Shown here: positions 10,951 to 19,698 of the stretch, piece by piece
Layout of the letters: each line of letters starts with the position of its first letter
How positions within the stretch are numbered: the stretch's first letter is position 1
Assembly (NCBI GenBank): GCA_003526375.1
Contig: DPDG01000062.1
Span: 24,568 to 88,567 of the forward strand
Reading direction: 5' to 3'
DNA length: 64,000 nucleotides
DNA from: Lentisphaeria bacterium
GTDB lineage: Bacteria; Verrucomicrobiota; Lentisphaeria; Victivallales; UBA1829
Position numbers and translations under genes: made by a program
Notes under the pieces: generated by a model
Database searches by the model: none
Told to the model about the DNA's origin: nothing
What the model saw: only the letters and a program-made list of their open reading frames with translations

Positions 10951-11161
10951 GGAATCCGCACAGAAGGATATTCCCCAACGGCTCCATGCCCCCCTTTTTC
11001 AGTGTTTGTAATTTACTTCTCTTTTACGGCTCTTCAAGTTTTTTAAAAATATTTTTTGAGTTCAAAATCACCTTTTTATCTTCTTCCGGAAGGGAAAATA
11101 CAGCGATTTTCCCATCATTTTGTTTGACGCTTGCAGAATAGTAAACACAGGAGATTTTCTC

Positions 11162-12436
11162 ATGACAACAAAAAAAGAAACAGCAGCACTGACGCCGGTT
11201 ATGAAATACCGGGCACCGTCCGGACTTTCCCACGAGGAGAGGGTCCGCAAAAACATCAGGTCCGTCCCCCGGAACACAAGCGCGGAATTCGACGAATTCA
11301 CCTGCTCCTGGGATGCCCTGGCCAACCCGAAACTGACTGCGGGGCTGATCCGGCGCCTGCTCTCCGCGGCAAACGAAGGCGCACCGTCCGAACTGGCGGC
11401 GCTCTACCGGAACCTGCTAGAAAAGGAGCCGACGGTCACTGCCCACATGCAGACCCGCATCCTTGCGGTTCTGGCGTGCGACTGGACGATTCAGGGAACC
11501 GATGCAAGACGCACAGCCGAAGTCCGGGCGATTCTTGAAAAAGCCGGACTCCATGCACTGATGCGGCACCTGCTGGATGCTCTGGCGCTCGGCTACTCCG
11601 GCGCGGCAATCATCTGGGGCGAAGGCGGCGCGGACATCTCCGCATTCAGGAAAGTCGATCCCTCCAACTGGCAGTTCGACCTGTCCGGCAATCCGGCGCT
11701 CATGACGGTATCCGGGAAAATCCGTTCTCTCGCGGAGTACCATCCCAACCAGTTCGTCCTGCACTCGCACAAGCTCCAGTCGGGAATCAGTTCACGCGGG
11801 GGGCTGCTCCGTCCGCTGGTCTGGCTCTACTTCTTCAAGCATTATGCGATGAGGGACCGGGCACGCTATCTCGAAAAATTCGGCATTCCGTTCATCATCG
11901 CAAAAATCCGCGACGACGATTTCGAGAATGAAAGTGTCCGTTCCGCCATCCTCCAGTCGCTTGCCAAGATCGGCTCCGACGGAACGGGCGTCGTGACGGA
12001 AGGCTCCGAACTCCAGATACTGAACCCCTCCGGCGGGACCTCCTCCGATTATCAGTCCTGGATGGACTACATCGACAAACTGTTCGCCCTGCTCATCCTC
12101 GGTCAGACGGCATCCAGCGACAGCGCATCCGGATTCAGCAAGGGGCAGATTCAGGAGAACGTCCGCCGCGACATCCTCGAAGCCGACTGCCGGAATCTCA
12201 TGGAAACGGTCAACGCGCAGATTCTTGCGCCGCTCGAACGTTTCCGTTACGGCACGGCGGGAACACTCGCATTCACGCTGGACTACTCCTCGCCGGAGAA
12301 TCTGACGGAAAAAGCGCAGATCGTGAAAACACTCACGGACAGCGGATTTGCGCTCTCACCGGAATGGATCGAAAAAACATTCAAAATCGAACTCAGAAAA
12401 CAATCAGACACAGAACAGAAAGGCAATATGAAATGA
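11162..12436 (+). CDS. Phage portal protein, Mu gp29-like (DUF935)
   Basis: AGGAG lies 9 nt upstream of the ATG at 11162. The sequence (...RGGLLRPLVWLYFFKHYAMRDRARYLEKFGIPFIIAKI..., LILGQTASSD) resembles DUF935 portals. Confidence 0.8.
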   Translation: MTTKKETAALTPVMKYRAPSGLSHEERVRKNIRSVPRNTSAEFDEFTCSWDALANPKLTAGLIRRLLSAANEGAPSELAALYRNLLEKEPTVTAHMQTRILAVLACDWTIQGTDARRTAEVRAILEKAGLHALMRHLLDALALGYSGAAIIWGEGGADISAFRKVDPSNWQFDLSGNPALMTVSGKIRSLAEYHPNQFVLHSHKLQSGISSRGGLLRPLVWLYFFKHYAMRDRARYLEKFGIPFIIAKIRDDDFENESVRSAILQSLAKIGSDGTGVVTEGSELQILNPSGGTSSDYQSWMDYIDKLFALLILGQTASSDSASGFSKGQIQENVRRDILEADCRNLMETVNAQILAPLERFRYGTAGTLAFTLDYSSPENLTEKAQIVKTLTDSGFALSPEWIEKTFKIELRKQSDTEQKGNMK

Positions 12437-13452
12437 AACTCAGCAGACTGGCATTTTTCGACGGAACATCTCCGGTCGCGGACACCAATCTCCGCACACT
12501 GCCGGAGTCGATGCTCCTGATCCGCTACGGGAAAACGGCATTCACGAAAGGCGGCATACGCGGGGAATTCGATTTCAGGGAAGAGGACGCCGACGGCGTG
12601 ATCCGCGAATTCGCCTCGCGCGGACGGGATCTGGTCATCGACTTCGAACATCAGTCGCTCAGCGGCGGCAAAGCTCCGGCGGCAGGCTGGATCGGAGAAC
12701 TTTACAAAAACGCCGAAGGACTCTGCGCAAAAGTCAAATACTGGACCAGAGAAGCCGAAAAGTTCCTCCTCAACGGCGAATACAGATATTTTTCACCGAC
12801 ACTTTATTTCTCCCGAAGCGGGAAAAATGTGTCGGCGATTCACTCGGTGGCACTGACGAACCATCCTGCGATGCACATGATTCCGGCTCTCGCAGCCGAC
12901 GACCTTGATTCCGCAGCAGATGACGCAAATCGGGAGCCGCAGCACACACACAACAACCTCATGAAAGGAAAAAACATGAACGGGATTCTGCAAAAACTCG
13001 GTCTCCTTTCTCTCGCAGACGCGGATCAGGAAGAACAGCAGGAAGCTGTCCTTCGCAAAATTGACGAACTGAACGCGGCGGCGGAGAAGGTCTCCACATT
13101 TCTCAAACTCTATGACCTCAAATCTCTCGAAGAGGCCGAAAGCAAACTCAACGAACTCATCGCGTCCGATGCAAAGGAAGCGGTGCGGGCGGCGTTCAGC
13201 GACGGCAAGCTCACGGAAAGCATGCGCCAGTGGGCGCAGGACTTCGCAATGAACGACCTGAATGCGTTTCAGGCATGGAGCGACGCCGCGCCGCGGATCG
13301 TTCCCGACAACAAGGACACCGAAGAAGCCCCCGCCAGAGAAAAGGAAGACGCGGAGGAACTCACACCGGAAGAAAATAAGATTGTCCGTCTGCTCGGACT
13401 CACGGAAAAACAGCTCAAAGCAATGAAAAAGAAGAAAGGAACATGCAAATGA
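12433..13452 (+). CDS. Mu gpI-like prohead protease with a C-terminal coiled-coil scaffold region
   Basis: ATGA start/stop overlap with the portal gene. DFEHQSL...GWIGELY...YRYFSPTLYF...SVALTNHPAM resembles the Mu-like prophage I protease. The C-terminal half is E/K/A-rich and looks like coiled coil. Confidence 0.75.
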   Translation: MKLSRLAFFDGTSPVADTNLRTLPESMLLIRYGKTAFTKGGIRGEFDFREEDADGVIREFASRGRDLVIDFEHQSLSGGKAPAAGWIGELYKNAEGLCAKVKYWTREAEKFLLNGEYRYFSPTLYFSRSGKNVSAIHSVALTNHPAMHMIPALAADDLDSAADDANREPQHTHNNLMKGKNMNGILQKLGLLSLADADQEEQQEAVLRKIDELNAAAEKVSTFLKLYDLKSLEEAESKLNELIASDAKEAVRAAFSDGKLTESMRQWAQDFAMNDLNAFQAWSDAAPRIVPDNKDTEEAPAREKEDAEELTPEENKIVRLLGLTEKQLKAMKKKKGTCK

Positions 13453-13871
13453 CTGCTCTCTCCAACGCAAGAAACACCACGGAAATCCTCTGCCACACGC
13501 AGAAACTTCATCGCACCAGAACCGTCAAGGACAATACAAAAATCTACACCGGCTCCATGGTTGCGATCAACGGTTCGACCAACAAGGCGGAACCCGCCGC
13601 GGATGCCGCCGGGCTCATCGTCATCGGGCGCGCCGAAGGTTTTACCGCCGACGGCAGAGTAATCGCCAAAAGCGGCGTATTCAAATTCGACAATGCCTCC
13701 GCCGAAGCGGAAAAACTGACCCATGCGGACATCAATAAAACCGTCTACGCCATCGACGACCACACGGTCGGCAAAGCGGGCGGCACAAACAAGATCAAGG
13801 CGGGAATCCTCCGTGAAATCGATGCGGATTCCCAGGTCATCGTCGAAATCGGCAATCAGGTCATCGCATAA
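13443..13871 (+). CDS. Small phage head-associated protein (DUF2190-like impression)
   Basis: It overlaps the protease stop and sits between the protease and the major capsid gene. Small, Gly/Ala-rich and apparently beta-rich. The family call is weak. Confidence 0.45.
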   Translation: MQMTALSNARNTTEILCHTQKLHRTRTVKDNTKIYTGSMVAINGSTNKAEPAADAAGLIVIGRAEGFTADGRVIAKSGVFKFDNASAEAEKLTHADINKTVYAIDDHTVGKAGGTNKIKAGILREIDADSQVIVEIGNQVIA

Positions 13872-13889
13872 CAGAAAGGTTTTCACAAT

Positions 13890-14795
13890 ATGGATATCAA
13901 CAGAAAAAATATGGACTTCCTCTTCAAGAGCTTCAGCATGAACTTCGCCTCCGGCATTGAAACCGTGCCTGATACCTGGCAGAAATTCTGCGGCACAATC
14001 CAGTCCGGCGCAGCCGCGAACGTTTATCCTTTCCTCGAACAGTTCGGAGGAATGCGCGAATGGATCGGCGACCGTCAGCTCAAAAATGTCTCATCCAGGA
14101 AAATCGAAGTCGTCAACCGCGATTTCGAGGACACCGTCTCCATTCCGCGCAATGACATCGAAGACGATCAGTATGGAATCTACTCCACGCTCATCGCCCA
14201 GATGGGTTACAACGCAGGCAAGCTCTGGCAGGATCTTGCGGTGGAAGCGCTCGTCTCCAATCCGAAATGGATCGACGACACAGACTTTTTCTCCACCACC
14301 AGAACCTACGGTGAATTCACGATCGCCAACAAAACCACCGATGGACTCTCCGCGGAAAATTACGCCGCGGTACGCAAGAGCATGATGGAATTCAGAGGGC
14401 ACAACGGCAGAAATCTCGGAGTCATCCCGAACCTGCTGATCGTCGGCCCGAAAAACGAAGCCACCGCATTCGGTATCCTGAAAGACCGTCTTCAGTTGAA
14501 AGAACTCACCGCCGGAGTAGGCGCAACGGACAACCCGTGGAACGGCAGCGCGGAACTGCTGGTTCTGCCGGAACTCTCCGGCGACTATGAGGATCTCTGG
14601 TTCCTTGCCGCCACAAACGGTATCCTGAAACCGCTCTTCGTCCAGCAGAGAAAACAGCCGAACCTGGTCTCTCTCGACAGTGAAACCGACGAAAATGTAT
14701 TCTGCCGCAAGGAGTATATCTACGGTACGGATGCGCGCGGCGAAGCGTTCCTCGCCTTCCCGCATCTGATCTGCAAAGGCGGAGCCGCCGCATAA
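13890..14795 (+). CDS. Major head subunit, Mu gpT-like
   Basis: N-terminal part ...FKSFSMNFASGIE...WQKFCGTIQSGAAANVYPFLEQFGGMREWIGDRQ...VVNRDFEDTVSIPRNDIEDDQYGIY matches the pattern of the Mu-like gpT family. Confidence 0.8.
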   Translation: MDINRKNMDFLFKSFSMNFASGIETVPDTWQKFCGTIQSGAAANVYPFLEQFGGMREWIGDRQLKNVSSRKIEVVNRDFEDTVSIPRNDIEDDQYGIYSTLIAQMGYNAGKLWQDLAVEALVSNPKWIDDTDFFSTTRTYGEFTIANKTTDGLSAENYAAVRKSMMEFRGHNGRNLGVIPNLLIVGPKNEATAFGILKDRLQLKELTAGVGATDNPWNGSAELLVLPELSGDYEDLWFLAATNGILKPLFVQQRKQPNLVSLDSETDENVFCRKEYIYGTDARGEAFLAFPHLICKGGAAA

Positions 14796-14873
14796 GACAA
14801 TGCGACTTCACGGGGGAAGGAGAAAGTTTTTCCTTCCTCCGGATTTCCGCTCATTTCAAAAAAGGAAACTGAC

Positions 14874-15296
14874 ATGGGAAAATATGTTTCATTCGAGACC
14901 TTCAGGGAAAGAGTCACTCCGACAAAACTGATGAATCTCGCCAATGTCCCGGAAGCCGAACTGGAAAGTCTCGCGGAAACGATTCTTTCCCGTGCGGAAG
15001 CCGTGGTCGAAAGCTTTGCAAGCGTCCGCTATGCAGTTCCGCTGCCCGCCGACGGCCTGGTTGCGGAATGGACTCTCCGCATCGCGGAATACGAGCTTTA
15101 CAAACGCGGCCCCGGCACCAATGTGCCCGAAAAAATCCGCGACTCCTATAAAGACACGATGGAGCGTCTTTCCGATCTTTCCGCCGGCCGTCTCCAGTTG
15201 GCAACAGATCCGCCTCTCTCCTCCGATCACGGAAAGTCCATCGATATTCCGCGGCACGAAACTTATTTCGACGCCGACAGTATGCGCTCATACTGA
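14874..15296 (+). CDS. DUF1320 / Mu gp36-like head completion protein
   Basis: 140 aa, located directly after the capsid gene. ...RAEAVVESFASVRYAVPLP...RIAEYELYKR... is typical of DUF1320. Confidence 0.7.
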   Translation: MGKYVSFETFRERVTPTKLMNLANVPEAELESLAETILSRAEAVVESFASVRYAVPLPADGLVAEWTLRIAEYELYKRGPGTNVPEKIRDSYKDTMERLSDLSAGRLQLATDPPLSSDHGKSIDIPRHETYFDADSMRSY

Positions 15297-15300
15297 AAAC

Positions 15301-15363
15301 AAGGGACCTGAAAGTCCGGTATGCGGAAGTGAAACAGCTTCCGCCCCTTCTTTCAGGTCCCTT
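15301..15363. terminator. Long hairpin between convergent genes (gp36-like / hcp)
   Basis: AAGGGACCTGAAAG (15301-15314) pairs with CTTTCAGGTCCCTT (15350-15363). There is an inner GCGGAAG/CTTCCGC stem. Confidence 0.5.
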
Positions 15364-15434
15364 CTCGTATCCGCCTGACGGATATTCCTTTACCGGCGTT
15401 TGCACTTTCCGCCGGCGGTGTTCAAGCCGAAATT

Positions 15435-16997
15435 TTATCCGACCATATCCCTGATGTCGGCATCCGGTTCCGTCGTTCCCTTGATTCCGAAATTCCTGAC
15501 AAGAACTCCGGCAACTCCGGGAGACAGGAATCCGGGAAGCGTCGGGCCGAGACGGATATTCTTAAAGCCGAGCGCAAGCAACGCGAGCAACACGGCAACC
15601 GCTTTCTGTTCATACCATGCAATGTCGAATGACAACGGCAGATCGTTCACATCGGCAAGCCCGAAAACTTCTTTCAGTTTGAGCGCGATCACTGCCAGCG
15701 AATAAGAATCGTTGCACTGTCCGGCGTCCAGCACACGCGGAATGCCGCCGATGTCTCCGAGGTTCAGTTTGTTGTAACGGTATTTCGCACAACCGGCAGT
15801 CAGGATCACAGTATCCTTCGGCAGCTTTTCGGCAACCTGCGTAAAATACTCGCGTTTCTTATAGCGTCCGTCACAGCCCGCCATGACGATGAACCGTTTG
15901 ATCGCGCCGGACTTGACGGCGTCCACGATCTTATCGGCAAGCGCAAGCACCTGATCGTGCGCAAATCCGCCGACGATCGTCAGGTCATCCAACTGTTCCG
16001 GCGCCTTGCAGGTCTTTGCCAGTGCAATGATCTCCGAAAAATCCTTGTGCCCGCCCTTCTTCCGCGCGGGGATGTGTTTCACGCCCGGATAACCGACTAC
16101 GCCCGTTGTAAAAATACGGTTTTTATAGGCGTCCTGAACGGGTACGATGCAGTTCGTAGTCATGAGGATCGGGCCGTTGAACGGGCCGAATTCCTTGTTC
16201 TGCATATACCAGGAACCGCCATAATTTCCAACAAGATTCGGATATTTCCTGAAGAAAGGATAATAGTGCGCAGGCAGCATCTCCCCATGCGTATAGACAT
16301 CAACTCCCGTTCCGGCTGTCTGTTCCAGAAGTTCTTTCAGATCCAGCAGATCATGACCGGAAATCAGGATGCCGGGATTCTTTCCGACTCCCGTTTTCAC
16401 TTTCGTGATCTCCGGCCTGCCGAATGTTGTGGTGTTTGCCTTGTCCAGGAGCGCCATCGCGGCGACTGCGGTATTGCCGCATTCCAGAACCAGCGCGGTA
16501 AGTTCTTCCGCAGAAAGTTCTCTGGTCAGGGCGGCAAGCGCACGGACAAGAAACGCATCAACGGTTTCATCCTTGAAGTCAAGCACGGCGGCATGATCGG
16601 CGTAGGCGCAGATTCCTTTCAAGCCATAGGTCAGAAGCTCTTTCAGGGACCGGATGTCCTCGTTTTTCTCCGCGAGCACGCCGACTGGCGGCAGCGGGAC
16701 GGACGGATCGATTTTCGCGGTCCGCTCCTGCGTCTCCCGGATGAATTCCTCAATCCGCGGAGTGTCGAAGTTGGCATTGGTGATCGTGGCAAACATCGCC
16801 TGCATCATAAAGGTTCCTGTTCCGGCGTCCGGTTTCATCCCCTTGTTTTCCAGAGCAACAGCCAGCCGCTTCAATTCAGCAATCAGACGGTCCATCGAAT
16901 TGGCTGTTTCCGGCTCCTTGCCGCACATTCCCCGGATCGTGCATCCCTTGTTCGCACAGGTTTCCTCGCACTGAAAACAGAACATTTTCGCTTCCAT
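15435..16997 (-). CDS. hcp: Hybrid-cluster protein / hydroxylamine reductase
   Basis: N-terminal [23 protein letters not shown] cysteine motif. About 520 aa, with conserved HCP blocks ([27 protein letters not shown]). Confidence 0.95.
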   Translation of the reverse strand: MEAKMFCFQCEETCANKGCTIRGMCGKEPETANSMDRLIAELKRLAVALENKGMKPDAGTGTFMMQAMFATITNANFDTPRIEEFIRETQERTAKIDPSVPLPPVGVLAEKNEDIRSLKELLTYGLKGICAYADHAAVLDFKDETVDAFLVRALAALTRELSAEELTALVLECGNTAVAAMALLDKANTTTFGRPEITKVKTGVGKNPGILISGHDLLDLKELLEQTAGTGVDVYTHGEMLPAHYYPFFRKYPNLVGNYGGSWYMQNKEFGPFNGPILMTTNCIVPVQDAYKNRIFTTGVVGYPGVKHIPARKKGGHKDFSEIIALAKTCKAPEQLDDLTIVGGFAHDQVLALADKIVDAVKSGAIKRFIVMAGCDGRYKKREYFTQVAEKLPKDTVILTAGCAKYRYNKLNLGDIGGIPRVLDAGQCNDSYSLAVIALKLKEVFGLADVNDLPLSFDIAWYEQKAVAVLLALLALGFKNIRLGPTLPGFLSPGVAGVLVRNFGIKGTTEPDADIRDMVG

Positions 16998-17069
16998 AAT
17001 CGTTTTCTCCCCTCGTTGTTTGTTTTTATGCCGCCCCGCTCCCCATGAACGGAAACGGCTTATTTTTAT

Positions 17070-17089
17070 CAGTTAATATTCACTAACAT
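17070..17089. promoter_or_regulatory. Candidate TetR operator upstream of hcp
   Basis: The minus strand reads ATGTTAGTGAATATTAACTG, 73 nt upstream of the hcp start. It shares ATGTTAGT-N4-ATTAAC with the site at 17699-17718. Confidence 0.35.
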
Positions 17090-17106
17090 TCAAAAAAACA
17101 AAAAAA

Positions 17107-17688
17107 TTATTTTCTCAGCATTTTTCTGAGATCCTGCCAGAGCTCCAGACCTTCCGCAGGAAGATCAAAACGGTAGCCGCTCATTCCCCATTGGTAGATC
17201 AGAAGACGCAATGAACCGAAAACCATGCGGCACAGGGAACGTGGAGAAACGTCATTGCGTATTTCCCCCCTCGCCTGCCCGTCCTCGATCAATGCGGAAA
17301 TCCGGGTCTTATGACGGTGCATCATGGCAAGCATCTTTCCGGATAGACGTTCATCGAACAGGAAAAGTTCCCCGGAAAACATCACTTTCGACAAATAAGG
17401 ACGCTCTTTCACTCGCCGGTAACGGTCCAGCACGAAAGCCTCGATACGCTCCAGCGGAGAACGCTGATTCGCCGCGGAATCCGCCAGAACGGAAACAGAA
17501 CCATGATCGAAGCTGTCCAGCAGGGCATCCAGAATCGCGAACTTGCTGTCGAAATGGCGATAGATCGCCGGTTCCGTGATTTTCAATGCCGCGGCGATAT
17601 TCTTAATCGTCAGGTTCTGTATTCCCTGTTCCGCAATCAGTGCAAGAGCGGCATCAATGATTTCCTGCTGTCTGACGGTCAACTGCAT
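17107..17688 (-). CDS. TetR/AcrR-family transcriptional regulator
   Basis: QQEIIDAALALIAEQGIQNLTIKNIAAALKITEPAIYRHFDSK is a TetR HTH. Start chosen at MQLTV (GGAGG 5 nt upstream); the ORF is open up to 17718. Confidence 0.85.
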   Translation of the reverse strand: MQLTVRQQEIIDAALALIAEQGIQNLTIKNIAAALKITEPAIYRHFDSKFAILDALLDSFDHGSVSVLADSAANQRSPLERIEAFVLDRYRRVKERPYLSKVMFSGELFLFDERLSGKMLAMMHRHKTRISALIEDGQARGEIRNDVSPRSLCRMVFGSLRLLIYQWGMSGYRFDLPAEGLELWQDLRKMLRK

Positions 17689-17698
17689 GAACTCCTCC

Positions 17699-17718
17699 AT
17701 GTTAGTATTCATTAACAT
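17699..17718. promoter_or_regulatory. Candidate TetR operator upstream of the tetR-like gene
   Basis: ATGTTAGTATTCATTAACAT, imperfectly palindromic, immediately 5' of the preferred TetR start and RBS. Confidence 0.35.
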
Positions 17719-17750
17719 AGCCGCATTTCATGGAATTGCAAGCAGGATTT

Positions 17751-17782
17751 CGAAAAAATTACCGCCGGAAAAATTCCGGCGG
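17751..17782 (-). terminator. Intrinsic terminator after hydG
   Basis: The minus strand reads CCGCCGGAATTTTTCCGGCGG (9-bp stem, 17762-17782), followed by TAATTTTTTCG. Confidence 0.6.
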
Positions 17783-17791
17783 CGCAACAGC

Positions 17792-19219
17792 TTAAAAACG
17801 GAAATCACGCTTGCCGTCATGGAGCTCTTTCAGATGCTCGACGGCAATCGCGCGCACCTTGTCATTGGCAATGCGCGGAATTTCATCCCGAATCACTTTC
17901 TCGCCTTTTTTCTGAGTATCGGGCGAAGCGTAATCCTCCAGATATTCCTTGAGGGTCATCAGGGCATTCGGCTGACAGCAGTTCGCGATCTGCCCGGATT
18001 TCACCAGCTTCATGAAACGGTCGCCCGTGCGCCCTTCCCGGTAACAGGCGGTGCAGAAACTCGGAATATAGCCGAGAGAAAGAAGCCAGTTCACGACCTG
18101 ATCCAGCGTACGGGTATCGCTGACGTCGAACTGAGCGGAATTTTCCTCTTCCTTTTCCTCCTCCACATAACCGCCGACACTCGTGCGGGAACCTCCGCTG
18201 ATCTGGGACACACCGAGCCGGAGCACCCGCTCGCGCGCTTTCTGCGATTCGCGGGTGGAAATGATGATTCCGGTATAGGGAACGGCAATCCGCAGAACCG
18301 CCACGATCTTCTCGAAAATTTCATCGGAAATCGCATTGGAGAATGTCCCGGGATCAATGTCGTCCGCCGCGCGGATTCTGGGAACGCTGATCGTATGCGG
18401 TCCCACTCCCTTTGCCGCTTCAAGATGCTCCGCGTGCATCAGAAGCCCGACGAAATCATAGCGGTACAGGTTCAACCCAAACAATACACCGCATCCGACG
18501 TCATCGATTCCGCCGTCCATGGCACGATCCATCGCTTCGGTATGATATGCGTAATCGTGCTTCGGCCCGGTCGGATGGAGTTCTTCGTAAGCCTTCTTGT
18601 TATAGGTTTCCTGAAACAGGATATAGGTTCCGATTCCCGCTTCTTTGAGTTTGCGGTAGTTCTCGACCGTGGTCGCCGCAATATTCACATTGACGCGGCG
18701 GATCGCACCGTTTTTATGTTTGATTCCGTAGATCGTCCTGATGCTTTCCAAAACGTATTCGATCGGGTTGTGCACCGGATCCTCGCCCGTTTCAAGAGCC
18801 AGGCGCTTATGCCCCATGTCCTGCAGCGCAATCACCTCCCGCACAATCTCCTCCTGCGTGAGCTTCTTGCGGCGGATATGCTTGTTTTTCAGATGATAAG
18901 GACAGTAGGTACATCCGTTGACACAGTAATTTGAAAGATACAGCGGGGCAAACATCACGATGCGGTTGCCGTAAAACTTCTGCTTGATTTCGCGTGCAAG
19001 CGCAAAAATCTTCTCTTTTTCATCTTCCAGTTCGCAGTCCAGCAGAACCAGTGCCTCGCGATGGCTCAATCCCTTGCAGTCGCGCGCCTTTTCCAGAATC
19101 CGGTCGATCAGCTCCCGATTATTTTTGTTTGCCTCCGCATACGCAAGAGTCTCGCGGATCTCCTGATCATTGATGAACTCCTCGGCTTTTGAAGATTTCG
19201 GATCATACTTCATTTTCAC
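17792..19219 (-). CDS. hydG: [FeFe]-hydrogenase H-cluster maturase HydG (radical SAM)
   Basis: CX3CX2C motif (CVNGCTYC). The C-terminal extra cluster motif CTAC-X21/22-CC (FCTACYREGRTGDRFMKLVKSGQIANCC) distinguishes HydG from ThiH. 475 aa. Confidence 0.9.
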   Translation of the reverse strand: MKMKYDPKSSKAEEFINDQEIRETLAYAEANKNNRELIDRILEKARDCKGLSHREALVLLDCELEDEKEKIFALAREIKQKFYGNRIVMFAPLYLSNYCVNGCTYCPYHLKNKHIRRKKLTQEEIVREVIALQDMGHKRLALETGEDPVHNPIEYVLESIRTIYGIKHKNGAIRRVNVNIAATTVENYRKLKEAGIGTYILFQETYNKKAYEELHPTGPKHDYAYHTEAMDRAMDGGIDDVGCGVLFGLNLYRYDFVGLLMHAEHLEAAKGVGPHTISVPRIRAADDIDPGTFSNAISDEIFEKIVAVLRIAVPYTGIIISTRESQKARERVLRLGVSQISGGSRTSVGGYVEEEKEEENSAQFDVSDTRTLDQVVNWLLSLGYIPSFCTACYREGRTGDRFMKLVKSGQIANCCQPNALMTLKEYLEDYASPDTQKKGEKVIRDEIPRIANDKVRAIAVEHLKELHDGKRDFRF

Positions 19220-19234
19220 ACCCCGTCTCTCTGG

Positions 19235-19486
19235 TTATTTTTTAGAATATACAGTCTTCACACTGATGCCGTCCAGCATTCCGAGTTTCCCGGAAAGCGA
19301 ACTGATGACGTTGTTCGGCGCATCCACGATCACACTGATGATGCAGACCTTCTGTTTTTTGTAGGGAATCCCCATGCGTCCGACGATATATTCGCCGAAT
19401 TCATGCAGAATCCGGTTCAGTTCATCGGTAATCTCCTGATTCTCCACGATGATCCCGATCAGTGCGATTCTGGTTTCCGTTTCCAT
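19235..19486 (-). CDS. TM1266-family small protein (iron-only hydrogenase system regulator)
   Basis: About 83 aa from METETRIALIGIIVEN... (AAAGGAG 6 nt upstream). ACT-like small protein directly upstream of hydG, which is the known genomic association of this family. Confidence 0.65.
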   Translation of the reverse strand: METETRIALIGIIVENQEITDELNRILHEFGEYIVGRMGIPYKKQKVCIISVIVDAPNNVISSLSGKLGMLDGISVKTVYSKK

Positions 19487-19506
19487 TTCAGCTCCTTTCG
19501 CCGCAT

Positions 19507-19544
19507 AAAAAAATCCCTGTGCTCCGGATACAGGCGCACAGGGA
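19507..19544 (-). terminator. Intrinsic-terminator-like hairpin about 20 nt upstream of the TM1266/hydG operon (possible attenuator)
   Basis: The minus strand has TCCCTGTGC ... GCACAGGGA (9-bp stem, 19514-19522 / 19536-19544) followed by TTTTTTT, just 5' of the RBS. Confidence 0.5.
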
Positions 19545-19670
19545 TGGTAAATACGATCCGTCTTTATCACCGCCTTGCACCCGGGACGAACCCTGAATGT
19601 TCAGAACGATTTCAATTGCATGATCTTCCGCCGCAGGACCTCCACGCCCTTTGGTTTCAGAACTTTCATT

Positions 19671-19698
19671 AATATAGACAGACAATTCTTTTTTGCAA
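19671..19698 (-). promoter_or_regulatory. Candidate sigma70-like promoter for the hydG leader
   Basis: The minus strand reads TTGCAA (19693-19698), 16 nt, TATATT (19671-19676). Confidence 0.3.

Larger units (their letters stand above)
11162..15296 (+). mobile_element. Mu-like phage head-morphogenesis module, isolated (no terminase, gp30/F, tail, transposase or integrase in the window)
   Basis: Five co-directional, tightly coupled genes with Mu gp29, gpI/Z, gpT and gp36-like sequences. They are flanked by unrelated minus-strand housekeeping genes (corC, hcp). Confidence 0.65.

Noticed and set aside
10951-15434. Complete integrated Mu-like prophage
   Set aside because: Only the head module is present. 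No transposase, repressor, terminase, tail or lysis genes and no recognisable end repeats are found, and the flanks are core-type genes within about 200 nt.
17576-18934. 452-aa ORF on the plus strand
   Set aside because: It is antisense to hydG, which has the radical-SAM and C-terminal cluster motifs. This looks like a shadow ORF.
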